Assembly: GCF_009914755.1 (NCBI RefSeq)
Contig: NC_060930.1
DNA from: the human T2T-CHM13v2.0 reference genome, Homo sapiens
Reading direction: 5' to 3' (one strand)
DNA length: 64,000 bases
This document shows, one piece after another, positions 27,271 to 42,469 of the stretch. The stretch's first letter is position 1. Each line of letters begins with the position of its first letter. Under the pieces are notes generated by a model, which was not told the origin of the DNA, did no database searches, and saw nothing but the letters and a program-made list of their open reading frames with translations. The position numbers and the translations under genes were made by a program.

Positions 27271-29375
27271 TACATACATTCCTTGACAATAAGGAGGAAA
27301 TGATATTAAAGGTGAAAGCATGGTGTCATAAGTTTCATTTTAGTACGATGACAAATTCTCATTATATTCATCCTATTTTTTGGGATTCGTTAGGTTAACA
27401 TATTTTCATGGTAATAGTTATATCTACACATGAAAATAAAACATATAATTCAGAATTTATTCATGTTTTCTAGGGTTTCTTTTTAACTTAAATTTTCTAA
27501 TATTCATGCTCAAAATTTGAGATGAGGGTGGAATGAGAGAAGAGAAATATGTTGACTAATGAAAATAATTGCTTATTTTTAAATTATAAGTCAACTTTTA
27601 CACACTGTTAGAGGTAATATTTTAATCTTTCTAGTTCCAGCCTCTATTGGTACCTCTGTGAGAGGGAAGGACTACATTACGCAGCATAGAAAATTATACT
27701 GTGACTAAAAGAAGGTAGCTGTTGAAGTGTTAGCTTTTTCAGTTCTCAGCTGTCCGCTGTGTCTTGAATGAATGTGTTCTATTTATCAGCTTCATTTATA
27801 AATTATTGACTTTCAAACCCTGCCTACTACTGAACTCTATAAGTAGGGATCTGTTCCATTTACAACATATTACATTTATCTATCTATATATACATATTAG
27901 TGTGTGCAAATTCATATTTTATTCCATTCTTGATATAAATATCAGAACGCTTTAGGTAAACTATAAAAACTTATAGCTAAAATGCATACAAAACCAACGT
28001 GAAAAAGTTCTTTAATAATTTCTCCTACATATTTTTAAAAGTAGACTTTGTGATCATTAACTCCTGAATTGTTAGTATTTAACATTGCTTACCTCAAGGG
28101 AGTGGACTAGGAGATGTCTAGAATCTGTGCTAGAACTATGATTCCAGAATGTTCTTGACACCTGTGATATATAATCAAATACTGTACATGTAACCTAGCC
28201 TTCCATATATCTTTCTACTTTCATCAAACTTAGCACAGATTTTTTAAGTTCTCCAAATTTCAGTCTTCAAAAAAAAAAAATCCTACTTTTAGGGTAAGAA
28301 GATGGTATTTAACATCTTTTTTATTACCCAACTATTTTAACTAGCATTTTCAACCTCCTGTTTTTATGTGACCTCAGAAATCTTTAATCATAGGGCCCAA
28401 AAAATACTTTGTACAATGTCCAAATGCAGCTTGAAAGAGAAAAATAAAAGGTGGAAAGGAAAATTAGATAATCAAAAATATCTTTGATTTGACAATTGTA
28501 TCACTGAAAAAGAAAACCTACTTGTTTTAACATCCTCATGAACATCCCACTCAGTGCTACAAAAGACCACCTAGTCAAGGCCCTCTAAAATATTAATATA
28601 AGAAATTATATAAAATTGATTTAATATTCTACTTGATTGAATAACTGAATACTTTAGTCAGATTCACACATAAAACTGATGGTCACAATAGGAAGGAAAT
28701 TTGTTTTTCAGAACTACACAAGCCAGAATTTCATTCCAAGACTTTTTAACGAAAAGAAAAATGTAAGTCTAATAACTCATGAAACATCACTAATGCTTAT
28801 ACTTTAAATTCATATCGTAACCCTATTCATTTATGTCCACTTGATAATTCCAGAGTTAACTGAATTTGTATTTTTATCAGATGCTCTGTGTAAGTTAGTG
28901 CACGAGTTCCTTCCTCTTCTGGCTTAATGTGGTGTGAAGCAAGCTTCTTTCATCATTCACACCATAAAAGTAATAACATTCATAGAGAGGAAGAATAATG
29001 ATAAGCAGCAAATTTTGAATTTCTTAATTAAGTACACTCTCTGATTAAATGGTGACTGCTTGTATGTTCTCCTAAAAATTAGAACAATACATACATATAT
29101 GGAATGAGAAAAAGGCTGCCTGACCAAAACCATAAAATATATTTGAAGAAAAAGAAGATGCCACTTTTTCCTTCTGTTGGTTTTTAGATTCAATCCTTAG
29201 TTTTACACCAAATATTCATTCTAATACTATTAACACATGTGCCACAAATATTTTTTAATATAGAGAAAAAATTTCTTTAGGAGTCTATGATAATCTAGTT
29301 TATGTTTCTGCTTTTCATAAGCATGGCCAAGGAGATGACTACCGAAAATTCTTTAGCTGATGGAAATGACATTGA

Positions 29376-29660
29376 TTTTTTTTTTTTTTTAGAGCTGGGG
29401 TCTCATTCTGTCACCCAGGCAAGTGTGCAGTGGCACCTTCTTAGCTCACTGCAGCATCAAACTCCTGGGTTCAAGCAATACTCTCACTTACACCTCCTGA
29501 GTAGCCTTCAGGCACATGCTACCTATTCCAGATAGTATTTGTAGAGATGGGGTTCTCACTGTGTTGCCCAGGCTGGTCTCAAACTCCCAGCCTCAAGCAA
29601 CACTCTTGGCTCAGTTTACCAAAGTGTGGGGATTACAAGCGTGAACCACTGCACCCAGCC
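29376..29660 (-). mobile_element. AluJ, diverged with internal deletions
   Basis: Poly-T then 'ggggtctcattctgtcacccagg...cttagctcactgcagcatcaaactcctggg' ending 'gcacccagcc'. Confidence 0.88.
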
Positions 29661-30149
29661 TTTTTAATTTTTATAAATTAATTGTGCTATTTTCACAAAC
29701 TTAAATTTCTAAAAAGAACACATACCAGCCAGTCTTGTTATTATATCAAAACTTCCCATTTATTGATAAATCCAAAAATCAATCCTATTTCAAAGTTAAT
29801 TTTAAAATCATAAATTCGGGACTAGTATTTTCTCACTTCACTCTGACTTTACCAGGGCATTATTATCCTCTGTCGATTGTGAAATATGAAATGAGAAATC
29901 TGCTTTTATTAATCTAGTTAGAGGAATGAACTTCAGACTTCTAAAATGCAGCAAAGAAATTGAGTCAGGCAGGAAAAATATAATGAGAAAGTTAGGATGC
30001 CTTAGTGAGCAGGCAGAGTCATTTTATGTAGAGGTTTCCCTCAAGCAACTAAATCGAGCCCAAACAAGCCTATTTCTCTGAAACTTGCTTTACCCGCCAT
30101 TCCGTCGCAAAATACATTGTAATAATATCATAAAACAGCTTGAGACGAA

Positions 30150-30462
30150 GAAAGATTCTGATTGACTGTTCAACATTCCAAAAGGGTAAATTAATATCTG
30201 TGAATCTCACAGCTGAAGCATTTTAATGCAAACTTGCACTTTGTGGGAATTGAATCTGTCCGCCAAAATCATTTATTTATATATAGAAAATGGGGGGAAA
30301 TAGACATTTCATAATAGCAATGAGTCCAGGGGATGCTGTTATCATGAGCTAATCACATCCCATGGGCATGATCGCACTCAGCTGTGTCCCCTGTCTCGTA
30401 TTGCTCCAGAGGAATGATTATCTCATGATAATAACCCTTATCGTGGCTTAGTGGGTAATAAA
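30150..30462 (-). mobile_element. Ancient hairpin element resembling Eulor5/6/MER134 (Crypton-related) within a probable conserved non-coding block
   Basis: Minus strand reads TAAGCCACGATAAGGGTTATTATCATGAGATAATCA...GACACAGCTGAGTGCGAT...TGATTAGCTCATGATAACAG...CATTGCTATTATGAAATG; inverted repeat 30339-30355/30415-30431 with 16/17 match; family match is from memory. Confidence 0.6.
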
Positions 30463-31689
30463 AAATATATACTTCTTTCCCAAGTTCTTGGACATTTATT
30501 CATCAGCTAACTTTTTCCCTCTTGAGTTCTGGTCATATGTTACTTTCTGCTTAGAAAACAAAAAGAAATCTTGTATTCAGATAACATTTTCTGTTAGCAA
30601 AGTGGAAAGAAAAACAATAATAATGTGACTGTATTGATTTGACTGTTTAAGAGTGGCATTGCAGACAAGCCCTGATCACTTGAGACCTGTGCACAGAAGA
30701 TCCATGCTTGCATTGACATTTGGTAGGATGTCTAGACTGGCTAATCCACTTGGAACAACACATGCATTTGGTAGCATAGAAACAATGAAGGGAAACAGAT
30801 GCTTATACAATACCATACATATCTTTGTACTATGATGCACAACTATCCAACATGTACATTTTACTGGAGATTATAGACTATGCAGCTTAAAATGTGGTTG
30901 TCCCATTTAGACAAAACAGCCTATCAATGACTCTCACACTGTCAAACTGCCAGGCACAGGTATGCCAACAGAAATTCAAGGTAATGCCAGTCACAACAGC
31001 AGGAATCCGAGTCCTTTCAGTGAGTATTTGCAGCTTAAGATGCAAAAGCAACAGGAATTCTGAGGCAAAGTCATGAAGAAACAGAAAATCAAAAAGGAAT
31101 TAGAGCAAAAGACAATTGAGAAGAAGGGAAGTGGAACACAATTCTCCTTGTTTATTTGTTGCCTGTATCATAACTCCAAGATTCTCTAATATGCTCTGTT
31201 TATTAATAAGTATTTACCTATGCTTTTTTAAATTTCAAGAAATGTTATGCTTTCTATAAAAAGCATACTATTATAAGGTATACCTCTTTTTATACACTAA
31301 GGCCAATGTTTAGCAATATGCAATATTTAATGTTTAAAAAATTAAGGGCAGATCCAATGAAACAGTAAGTGCTCTGTTAAACACAGCATAAGCAATCCAA
31401 ATGATTCAACTCAAAAAGTAATTGTAGTATATATATTTAGTTACATAACATTGAGTATATGGGAACAGCATTAATAAATCTTGATGCACAGAACTGTCAT
31501 TCTGCAGAAGGTATAAAACTTTACAGACCATATTACACACATTCACATAGCTCCTTTCTAAGGTATATCAAAATAATATTTTAGGAAAGTTTGGAAGTGG
31601 ATGTGGGATAGCACAAAAAGGAATAGAATTTATTTAAACTAAAAAATAAAGGGATCCTGGAGAGATGGTAGTGTGACAGCATAAACTTT

Positions 31690-31994
31690 CTTTTTTTCTT
31701 TTTTTTTATTTTTTTGAGACAGAGTTTCATTCTGTCGCCCTGGCTAGAGTGCAGTGGCAGGATCTTGGTTCACTGCAACCTCCGCCTCCCTGGTTCAAGC
31801 AATTCTCTGCCTCAGCCTCCTGAGTAGCTGGGATTACAGGCATGCACCCCCATGCCTGGCTAATTTTTATATTTTTAGTAGAGATGAAGTTTCACTATCT
31901 TGGCCAGGCAAATCTTGAACTCCTGACCTCACGATTCACCCACCTGGGCCTCCCAAAGTGTTGGGATTACAGACGTGAGCCACTGCTCCTGGCC
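31690..31994 (-). mobile_element. AluS
   Basis: Full antisense Alu; degenerate TSD agcataaacttt (31678-31689) / agcatagccttt (31995-32006). Confidence 0.92.
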
Positions 31995-32142
31995 AGCATA
32001 GCCTTTCAATCTCTTCAAATCTTCACGTAAAACTGACAAAGCAAGTAGATAGCAAAAGCTAAAACACAAGACAATATTTAAAACAAAATTAGAAAGGAGG
32101 GTGAGGAAAAAAAAAAAACCTCAGTTATACAGTATGGTATTT

Positions 32143-34573
<2,431 letters not shown>

Positions 34574-34589
34574 CAGTATGATATTTTTG

Positions 34590-35415
34590 TAGGGAAGACA
34601 GAAGTAATGGAGGCAAAGGCTCATGACCTCAAGAATAAGATAACCACCAATTTGAAAACAGCAACTAGAACTGAGTAGAGATTTGCTCCCTCCTACAAAA
34701 GGTGAGTGTAAAATGTCCATCATAAGGACAAAAAGGATTGGAGCAGTCTAGCCCCTGTGAACTCAAGATAAAAGGAGAGAGAGGGTCAAGGCCAAAACGG
34801 AGAGGAACACAGTGAGGAAATAAAAACAGAAAATGGAGTTTTACATGTTCAAAAGGTTTTCCTAATCTCTCCCTCATTTTAGGAATATGAAAAGTCCAAT
34901 TTCATATAAAAATTAGCAACAGAAATTGATCAAGTTCATATTCCATGTAAATTTATATTATGAAAAAAAAGAAGAGGAAGAAGCAAACCAAAATTGTTAG
35001 AGAAAATAGAGGTATACCAGTGAGATTTGCTGACAAACAGAACAAATTATATTTCAAAGAAAACTAAAAGAGCTTAAGATTTCGATAACAAACATAAAAG
35101 AATAATATAAATCAGAATTAGGAAAATTTAGAAAAGAGAATACAAAACAAAGTTACTAATAACAAATAAGAGAAAATCATTTTAGAAAGGAAGACCAAAC
35201 TATACAGAACACATGAGTTAATAACTACAACAGCTTACATTTTACAGAAAATACAAGATGAAAATAAATAAAATCCAAAATCAAATGAAAAATAGTATTA
35301 TTTGGAACTAAATTGCAAACCTGATCATTTTAACCTAGACGAACAACACCTTAAAAAATTAACAAACATTAAGAAAAAAGTTTCTTTGTGCATTTAGATA
35401 AAAAAAGTACCTAAT
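34590..35415 (+). mobile_element. Old HAL1/L1M ORF1-like host element, left part
   Basis: A-rich coiled-coil-type ORF1-like composition; ends 'aagaaaaaagtttctttgtgcatttagataaaaaaagtacctaat', which continues at 37585. Confidence 0.5.
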
Positions 35416-35799
35416 TTATTTATTTATTTTAAAATCTTGACAACAAAATTTTATTAAGTTTGGTAACATCAAAAAAAACTTTTTTAAAATTGTTAGGTAG
35501 TTAAGTCTGACTTATTAATTTAAACTATGTTAATATTAATGAAAACAATTTGCAAGCAAATACATATTCCTAAACAATCAAAATTTTAAGGCACTTAATT
35601 AAGAAGACATGGTTGCCACACAGATCTTATGCTTCTCTTTAAAGAGTACATACTAATATACAAACAAAATTTCTGACAAGAAATTATATGTTAAATAACA
35701 ACCATATTTAATTATTGGATTTAACATTAATAATAATCAGATATACAAATATTTTATGAAGCTTTAAGTGTGTACTTACATTCTTTTTGACATTCATAT

Positions 35800-37577
35800 T
35801 TTAAATTTTAACTTTTATTTTAGATACAGGGATTACATGTACAGTTTTGTTACATGGAAATAGTCTGTGATGCTGAGGTTTGGGGTATTGATCCCATCAC
35901 CCAGGTAGTAAGTGTAGTATGCAATAGGTAGTTTTCAACACACACCTCCGTCTCTCCCTAATCACTCTACTGGTCCACAGTGTCTATTGTTCCCATATTT
36001 ATCTCCATGTGTGCTCAATGTTAAGCTACCACTTATAAGTGAAAATTTGTGGCATTTGCTTTCCTGTTTCTACATTAATTCACTTAAGATAATGGCCTAC
36101 AGTTGTATCCATCTTGCCACAAAGGACGTAATTTCACTCCTTTTATGGCTACGTAATATTCCATGTTGTGTATGTATCATATTTACTTTATCCAACATAA
36201 CAACCTACCATTTATGGGCATCTGGATTGATTCCATATCTTTGCTATTGTGAATAACACAGTGATGAACCTAGGAGACTGCATGTGTCTTTTTGGTAGAA
36301 TGGTTTATTTTCTTTTGGGTTTACACCCAGCAATGGGATTGCTGGGTTGAATGGTAGTTCTATGTTGTTTGAGAAATCTCCATATTTCCTTCCACAGTGG
36401 CTGGATTAATCTACAGTCCCATCAACAGTGTATAAGCATACCCTTTTCTCTGTAGCCTCACCAGCATCTGGTTTTTGTTTTGTTTTGTTTTGTTTTGGGG
36501 GGGGGGCTTTTTTTTTAATATTAGCCATTCTTACTGATGTGAGTTGGTATGTCATTGTGGTTTTGATTTGCATTTCTCTGCTGATTAGTGATGCTAAGCA
36601 TTTTTTGATGTTTGCTGGCCACTTGTGTGTCTTCTTTTGAGAAGTGTCTTTTCATATCTTTGCCTATTTTTAATGGGGTTGTTTTTTTGCTTGATGATTT
36701 ATTTAAGTTTCTTATAGATTCTGGTTATTATGGCTTTTTTGGATGTGTATTTTGCAAAGATCTTCTCTGTAAGTTGTCTGTATACTCTGATAGTTTATTT
36801 TGCTGTGCAGAAGCTTTTTAGTATAATTAGATCCCAATTGTCAATTTTTGGTTTTGTTGAAATTGCTTTTTAGGAGTTAGTCATAAATTCTTTCCTAAGG
36901 CCAATGTCAAGATTATTGCCTAGGTTGTCTTCTAGGATTTTTACAGTTTGAGTTCTTACATTTAAATCTTTAATCCATTCTGAGATCATTTTTGTATATG
37001 GTGAAAGGTAGGAGTTTGGCTTCAATCATTTGCATATGGCTAGATGATTATCCTGGCATTGTTTCTTGAATAGGGAGTTCTTTCCTCATTGTTTGTTTTA
37101 GTCAGCCTTGTTGAAGACCAGATGGTTGTAAGGGTACAGCTTTATTTATGAGTTTTCTATTCTGTTCCATTGTCCTATATGTCTGTTTTTATACCTGTAC
37201 CATGCTGTTTTCATTACTGTAGCTTTATAGCATAGTTTGAAGTCAGGTAGTGTGATGTCTCCAGCTTTTTTCTTTTTGCTTAGGATTGCTTAGGCTATCT
37301 GAGCTCTGTTTTGTTTCCATATAAATTTTGGAATACTTTTTACTAATTCTGTGAAGAATGACATTGGTAATTTGATAGGAATAGTACTGCATCTGTAAAT
37401 TGCTTTCGGTAGTATGGTCATTTTAACAATATTGATTCTTACTATTCATGAGCACGTAATGTTTTTCCATTTATTTGTGTTTTCTCTTATTTCTTTCAGC
37501 AACGTTTTGTAGTTCTCCTTGTAGATACATATCACCTCCTTGGTTACCTGTATTCCTAGGTATTTTATTTTCTTTGT
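35800..37577 (-). mobile_element. L1PA16-like 5'-truncated LINE-1
   Basis: 3'UTR 'tgtgatgctgaggtttggggtattgatcccatcacccaggtagtaag'; antisense ORF2 to 'tattcctaggtattttattttctttgt'. Confidence 0.9.
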
Positions 37578-37579
37578 AA

Positions 37580-37950
37580 AATAATACCTAATATATAAGG
37601 AAAAGAAAATTATATTATCACAAGAATTTTTAACATTTTATCTCAGAAAAAATAGATAAACATTTAAATATTCAAGAAAATGATGTATGGAAAAAGGATT
37701 TTATAATCAGTAAAATAAATTTTTAAGTGTAAAGGTGGCTCAGACAAACTGCTATTGGGATGTAAGAACTCAGGGAACTCACATCATCCCTGATACCAGA
37801 GAAAATTCTTCAGGAAACCAAACAATTAGAGAGATGTTAACATAGAACTAGCCATGAACATTAAATATATAGTCACCTGTAAACATAGAGCTACAGCTAC
37901 ATAAGAGCTAAGAGGTAAGAGTATAGTATGGAATGACTATAGCTATGACA
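37580..37950 (+). mobile_element. Old HAL1/L1M ORF1-like host element, right part
   Basis: 'tataaggaaaagaaaattatattatcacaagaatttt...aaggattttataatcagtaaaata' resembles HAL1/L1M ORF1 C-terminus. Confidence 0.5.
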
Positions 37951-39255
37951 GTCAGATGTAGTAAAACTGAAAAATACAGGGAAGAATGGGAATAACACTA
38001 CTGCCATATTGGCAGTAGTATTATATTTATTATTCTGAGATACTTGCGTATGCAATATGAGGTAGAACAATGAGTAATTATGGAATATTCTGATCCTATC
38101 ATTTCTCTATACTTGAAAACTAAGATCATTACTGTGGAAGAAAGAGGATGCAGATGTAGTACTATGAGATAAAAATCCATACTCCTGAATTTGGATTGGA
38201 AGTATTGACATTAAATTTAAAAAAAATTATTAGAGAAGAGGTCGATTTCCAGTTTGAAAATAAAATGTACAATTTGAGCCTGGAATATTTTATCCTATCA
38301 GAGAGTAGGAACACTACTGATGACTCCTGGAGAACTTAGGGGCCAAATTAAAAAAGGCTCCTACTGACCAAATACAGGAAATTTTGAACTTCAGTAATGA
38401 TAAAAACTGCAGTGGATTGGAATCAATCGAAATGTTTAAATCCATACTTACAACAATATTTTTTAAAAATGGCCATCTTTGGAGAATGACAGGGAGCCCA
38501 TTTATTTCCTTGAAGTCTGGAAAATAATTAATTGTAAATTTTGCCTCCCCAGTTTAAACCATCACACAGGGTAACCAAAGAGTAGCTTAGGACAAGTATG
38601 CTTTTGTAAAAGGATTCTCACTGATGAAAGACAAATAAATGACAGAATTAGAATATCACCATTTTTAATCCCCAATGAATAGATATAAACATTAATGGTT
38701 GCTAACATCATAAAAAAAGAAAACCAGACCCCTTTTCACTATCGTATTTTTGCCAACTGTCACTTATAGTTGGGCCCAAAAGATTAAACCTGAGTCTGAA
38801 ACACTTTCAAGATCTCACTACCAAATTGGGAAAAATACAGAGACAGGAACATGTTAAACTGCATGATGAGTATATGATCAATCCGGATTGTGGGAATCTC
38901 TACAGGAAATTCAGCATGGGTTTGTCAACAATTTAGTAAAACAAAAGTTTAGCAAGGAAACTAAAGATCAAGAGATTTCAAAGATACTATTTTTTTTAAT
39001 AGGCATGACTATAACACCTGGGGAGGTGCATTTTGATAATAAAATTCTTTTAAAAATGCAAACACATAAATACTATATAAGTCAGAATACTGGTTGCCTA
39101 CAGAAGGTAGCGGCTTGTGACGAAGATAGGGCACAGGGATTGGTATTCTAGGGTAGATTACAAAGTTCTATTACTTGACCTGATGATGACCAGGTGCGTT
39201 TATGTTATAATAACTTATTAGGTTATATAATTACTTAGTGTTTTTTTCCTGAATT
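37950..39255 (+). mobile_element. L1MC5-like 3' region
   Basis: 'agggtaaccaaagagtag', 'gaattagaatatcaccattttt', 'ggattgtgggaatctctacagga' are characteristic of the L1MC5 3'UTR. Confidence 0.7.
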
Positions 39256-39257
39256 TG

Positions 39258-39564
39258 TATTATTTATTTGTTTATTTATTTTGAGACAAGGTCTCGCTCT
39301 GTCACCCAGGCCGGAATGCAGTAGCAAGATCTCGGCTCACTGAAACCTCTGCCTTCCAGGCTTAACCTATCCTCCCACCTCAGCCTCTCCAGTAGCTGGA
39401 AACACAGGTGCATGCCACCACACCAGGCTAATTTTTGTATATTTTGTAGAGACAGGGTTTTGCCATATTGCTCAGGATTGTCTCAAACTTCTGAACTCAA
39501 GCAATCTGCCTGCTTCAGCCTCCCAGCATGCTGGGATTACAGGTATGAACCAGCATGCCTAACC
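39258..39564 (-). mobile_element. AluJb-like
   Basis: (TTTA)n tail, 'gagacaaggtctcgctctgtcacccagg...tatcctcccacctcagcc'. Confidence 0.9.
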
Positions 39565-39599
39565 TATATCTTAATTTGCAATAGAAATGTAGTAAGTAT

Positions 39600-41845
39600 G
39601 AATAATGAAGAAGTATAAAATATGAACAGACAAAAAAGAAGTAAAGATATTGAATCAGTAATCAAAGACCTCTTAAAAAAAGAGCCCAGGATCAGTGGGC
39701 TTCACTGGTGAATTCTAATGAACATTTAAATAAAAACTAATGTCAGTAATTCTTAAACTTTTATAAAGATTTAAAGAGGAGAAAGTACTTCCAAACTCAT
39801 TCTATGAAGAGAGCATTACCCTGATACCAAAGCGAGACAAAGACTCTACAAGTTAAAAAACAAAATTGGAAAGAAAAAATGAATTATTTATGTTTACAGA
39901 TGACCTGATTGTATACATAGAAAAACTTAAAGACTCCACCAAAAAAACCACTAAATTAAAACTAATACATGAATTTGATAAAATTGCGGAATAAAAAATC
40001 AATATATAAAATCCAGTTGCATTACAATGCACTATCAATGAACTATCCCAAAAACAAATTAAGGAAACAACCTCATTTACAAAAGCATAAATGAAAACAA
40101 AATATATAGGAGTAAACTTAGCCAAGGAAGTGAAGATTTGTACACTTGAAACTATGAAACATTGATGAAATAAATGGAAGACAAAAATACATGGAAAGAT
40201 ATTTTATGTTTATAAATTGGAAAAAAATAAATTGTTAAAATGTCCATAGTTCCCAAAATAATCTACAGATTTGATGTAAGCCTTACCAAAATTTCAATAC
40301 CTTTTTTCAAAGAAGTAGAAAACACAATCCTAAAATTTATATGGAATCACAAAAGCCCCAGAAAAGCCAAAGAAATCTTAGAAAAACAAACGTGGAGACA
40401 TCACACTTCCTAATTTAAAATGATATTCCAAAGCTATTATGATCAAAAGAGTATGGTACTAATATAAAAACAGACACATAGACCAATGGAACATAATAGG
40501 GCCCAGAAATAAACTCACACATACAGTCTATTGATCTTTAACAAAGTTACCAAGAATATTTAATGGGGAAAGAATGATCTCTTTAATAAATAGTGTTGGG
40601 AAACTCGATATCCTTGTGCAAAAGAATAAAATTGGAGCTTTATCTTACACTAAACACAAAAGAGACAACTCAAAATAATTTAAAGATTAAATATAAGATA
40701 TGAAATTCTAAAACATGCAGAAGGAAACATAAGAAAAGACCTCCTTGATATTGACTGTTCTTGTCAACAATGTTTTTGATATGATCTCAAAAGCACAGGC
40801 AACAAAAGCAAAAATAAATAAGTAGAACTATATCAAACTCAAAGCTTCTATACTGCCAGAGAAATGATCAATAAAATGAAAAGACAACCTACAGAATCAG
40901 AAAAAAATATTTTCAAACTGTGTATCTAATAAGGGGTTAATATTCAAAACATATAAAGAACTCATAGAACTCAGTAGCACGAAAAGAAATAACCAAATTA
41001 AAAAATGGGCAAATGACCTGAATATACATTTTTACAAAGAAGAGATACTAATAAATAATGGGTATATAAAAAGTGCTCAACATAACTAATCATGAGGGAA
41101 ATGCAAATCAAAATCACAGGGAGATATCATCTCTGTTAAGATGGCTATTACAAGACAAACAAACATTCATCCAAAAGTATTGGCAAAGATGTAGAGAAAA
41201 GGGAATCCTTGTACGCTGTTTGTTACAATGTAAATTGGCATAACCAGTATAAAAAACAGAATGAAGTTTCCCTCAAAAAATTGAAAATAGAACTATCATA
41301 TGACTCAGCAATCCTACTTCTGCGTGTTTATTCAAAGAAATTGAAATCAGTATTTCCAAAAGATATCTGTATTCTATGTTCATTGCAGCATTATTCACAA
41401 TAGCCAAGATATGGAAGTAACCTCAATGTTTATGAATGATGAATAAATAAAGTGAGGTATATATATGCAATGGAATATTATTCAGCCTTAAAAAGAAGAA
41501 AATCCTGCCATTTACAACAACATAGTTGGCCTTGGATAATATAATGCTAAGTAAAATAAGACAGACATTGAAAGACAAATTATATTGTGTGTACTTACTT
41601 GTATATGAAACCTAAAATAGCCAAATTCATATAAATATAGAGTAGAATGATGGTTACCAGGAGGCTGGGAAAGGGACAAATTGTGAGAAGCTAATCAAAG
41701 GATACAATGTTTCAGTTATGCACGATGAGTAAGTCCTGGAGATCTAAACTATAGTATGGTGACTCCAGGTAATAATACTGTACTATATACTTTAAATTTG
41801 ATGAGAGTAAATCTGAAGTGCTCTCACCACACACAGACAAGCAAA
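39600..41845 (+). mobile_element. L1MA8/9-like ORF2 and 3'UTR with internal deletion near 39860
   Basis: ORF2-like 'gggcttcactggtgaattc...caaactcattctatgaagagagcattaccctgatacc'; 3' end 'tttcagttatgcacgatgagtaagtcctggagatctaa...tgaagtgctctcaccac'. Confidence 0.85.
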
Positions 41846-41949
41846 AATATAGTAAGTAAATATGAAAATAAATATAGGACTGTACTCATAAACTTATGTA
41901 ATATGAAAATATTTTTAAAAGATACAAATAACCTAAACCAACACAAGAA

Positions 41950-42232
41950 AAAAATAAAATAGTAAAATAGCTATTACAGGAAGAAGTATATAAAATACAT
42001 AGAATTATCTTTAAAATTAACAAATCAAATCTAGTAGTATATACAAAGGATAATATACTATGATCAAGTGCTGTTTATCATAGAAATGTAAGATCAGATT
42101 AACATGTATAACTCAAAAAATAACTGACCATATTAACAGATTTAAAATGTAAGATCATATGATTCTCTCAATAGATACAGAACAAGAATTTTACAACTTT
42201 CAACAATTGTTGATGAAAACTCCTAGTATACT
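41950..42232 (+). mobile_element. L1ME/L1MD ORF2 fragment (continues at ~43020)
   Basis: RT-region-like 'tatgatcaagtgctgtttatcatagaaatgtaag...catatgattctctcaatagatacagaacaag'. Confidence 0.7.
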
Positions 42233-42469
42233 TATGCCTTGCTTTTTGTCAACATTAGAAGTTTCAATAAATGCTGGCAACATTTCAGATGACATTATTT
42301 GGTGCCTCTGAAAAACAACTTTTGACATGAATAGATAATTTACAAGCACAAAAAAGTTAAAAAACTCAAATAATCAATATGATTAAAGTTAAACCATAAA
42401 ATAATAGAAATAAAACTTTAGACAAATAAATGTCATTTAATTGTAAATATCATTTAAATACCATTTAAT

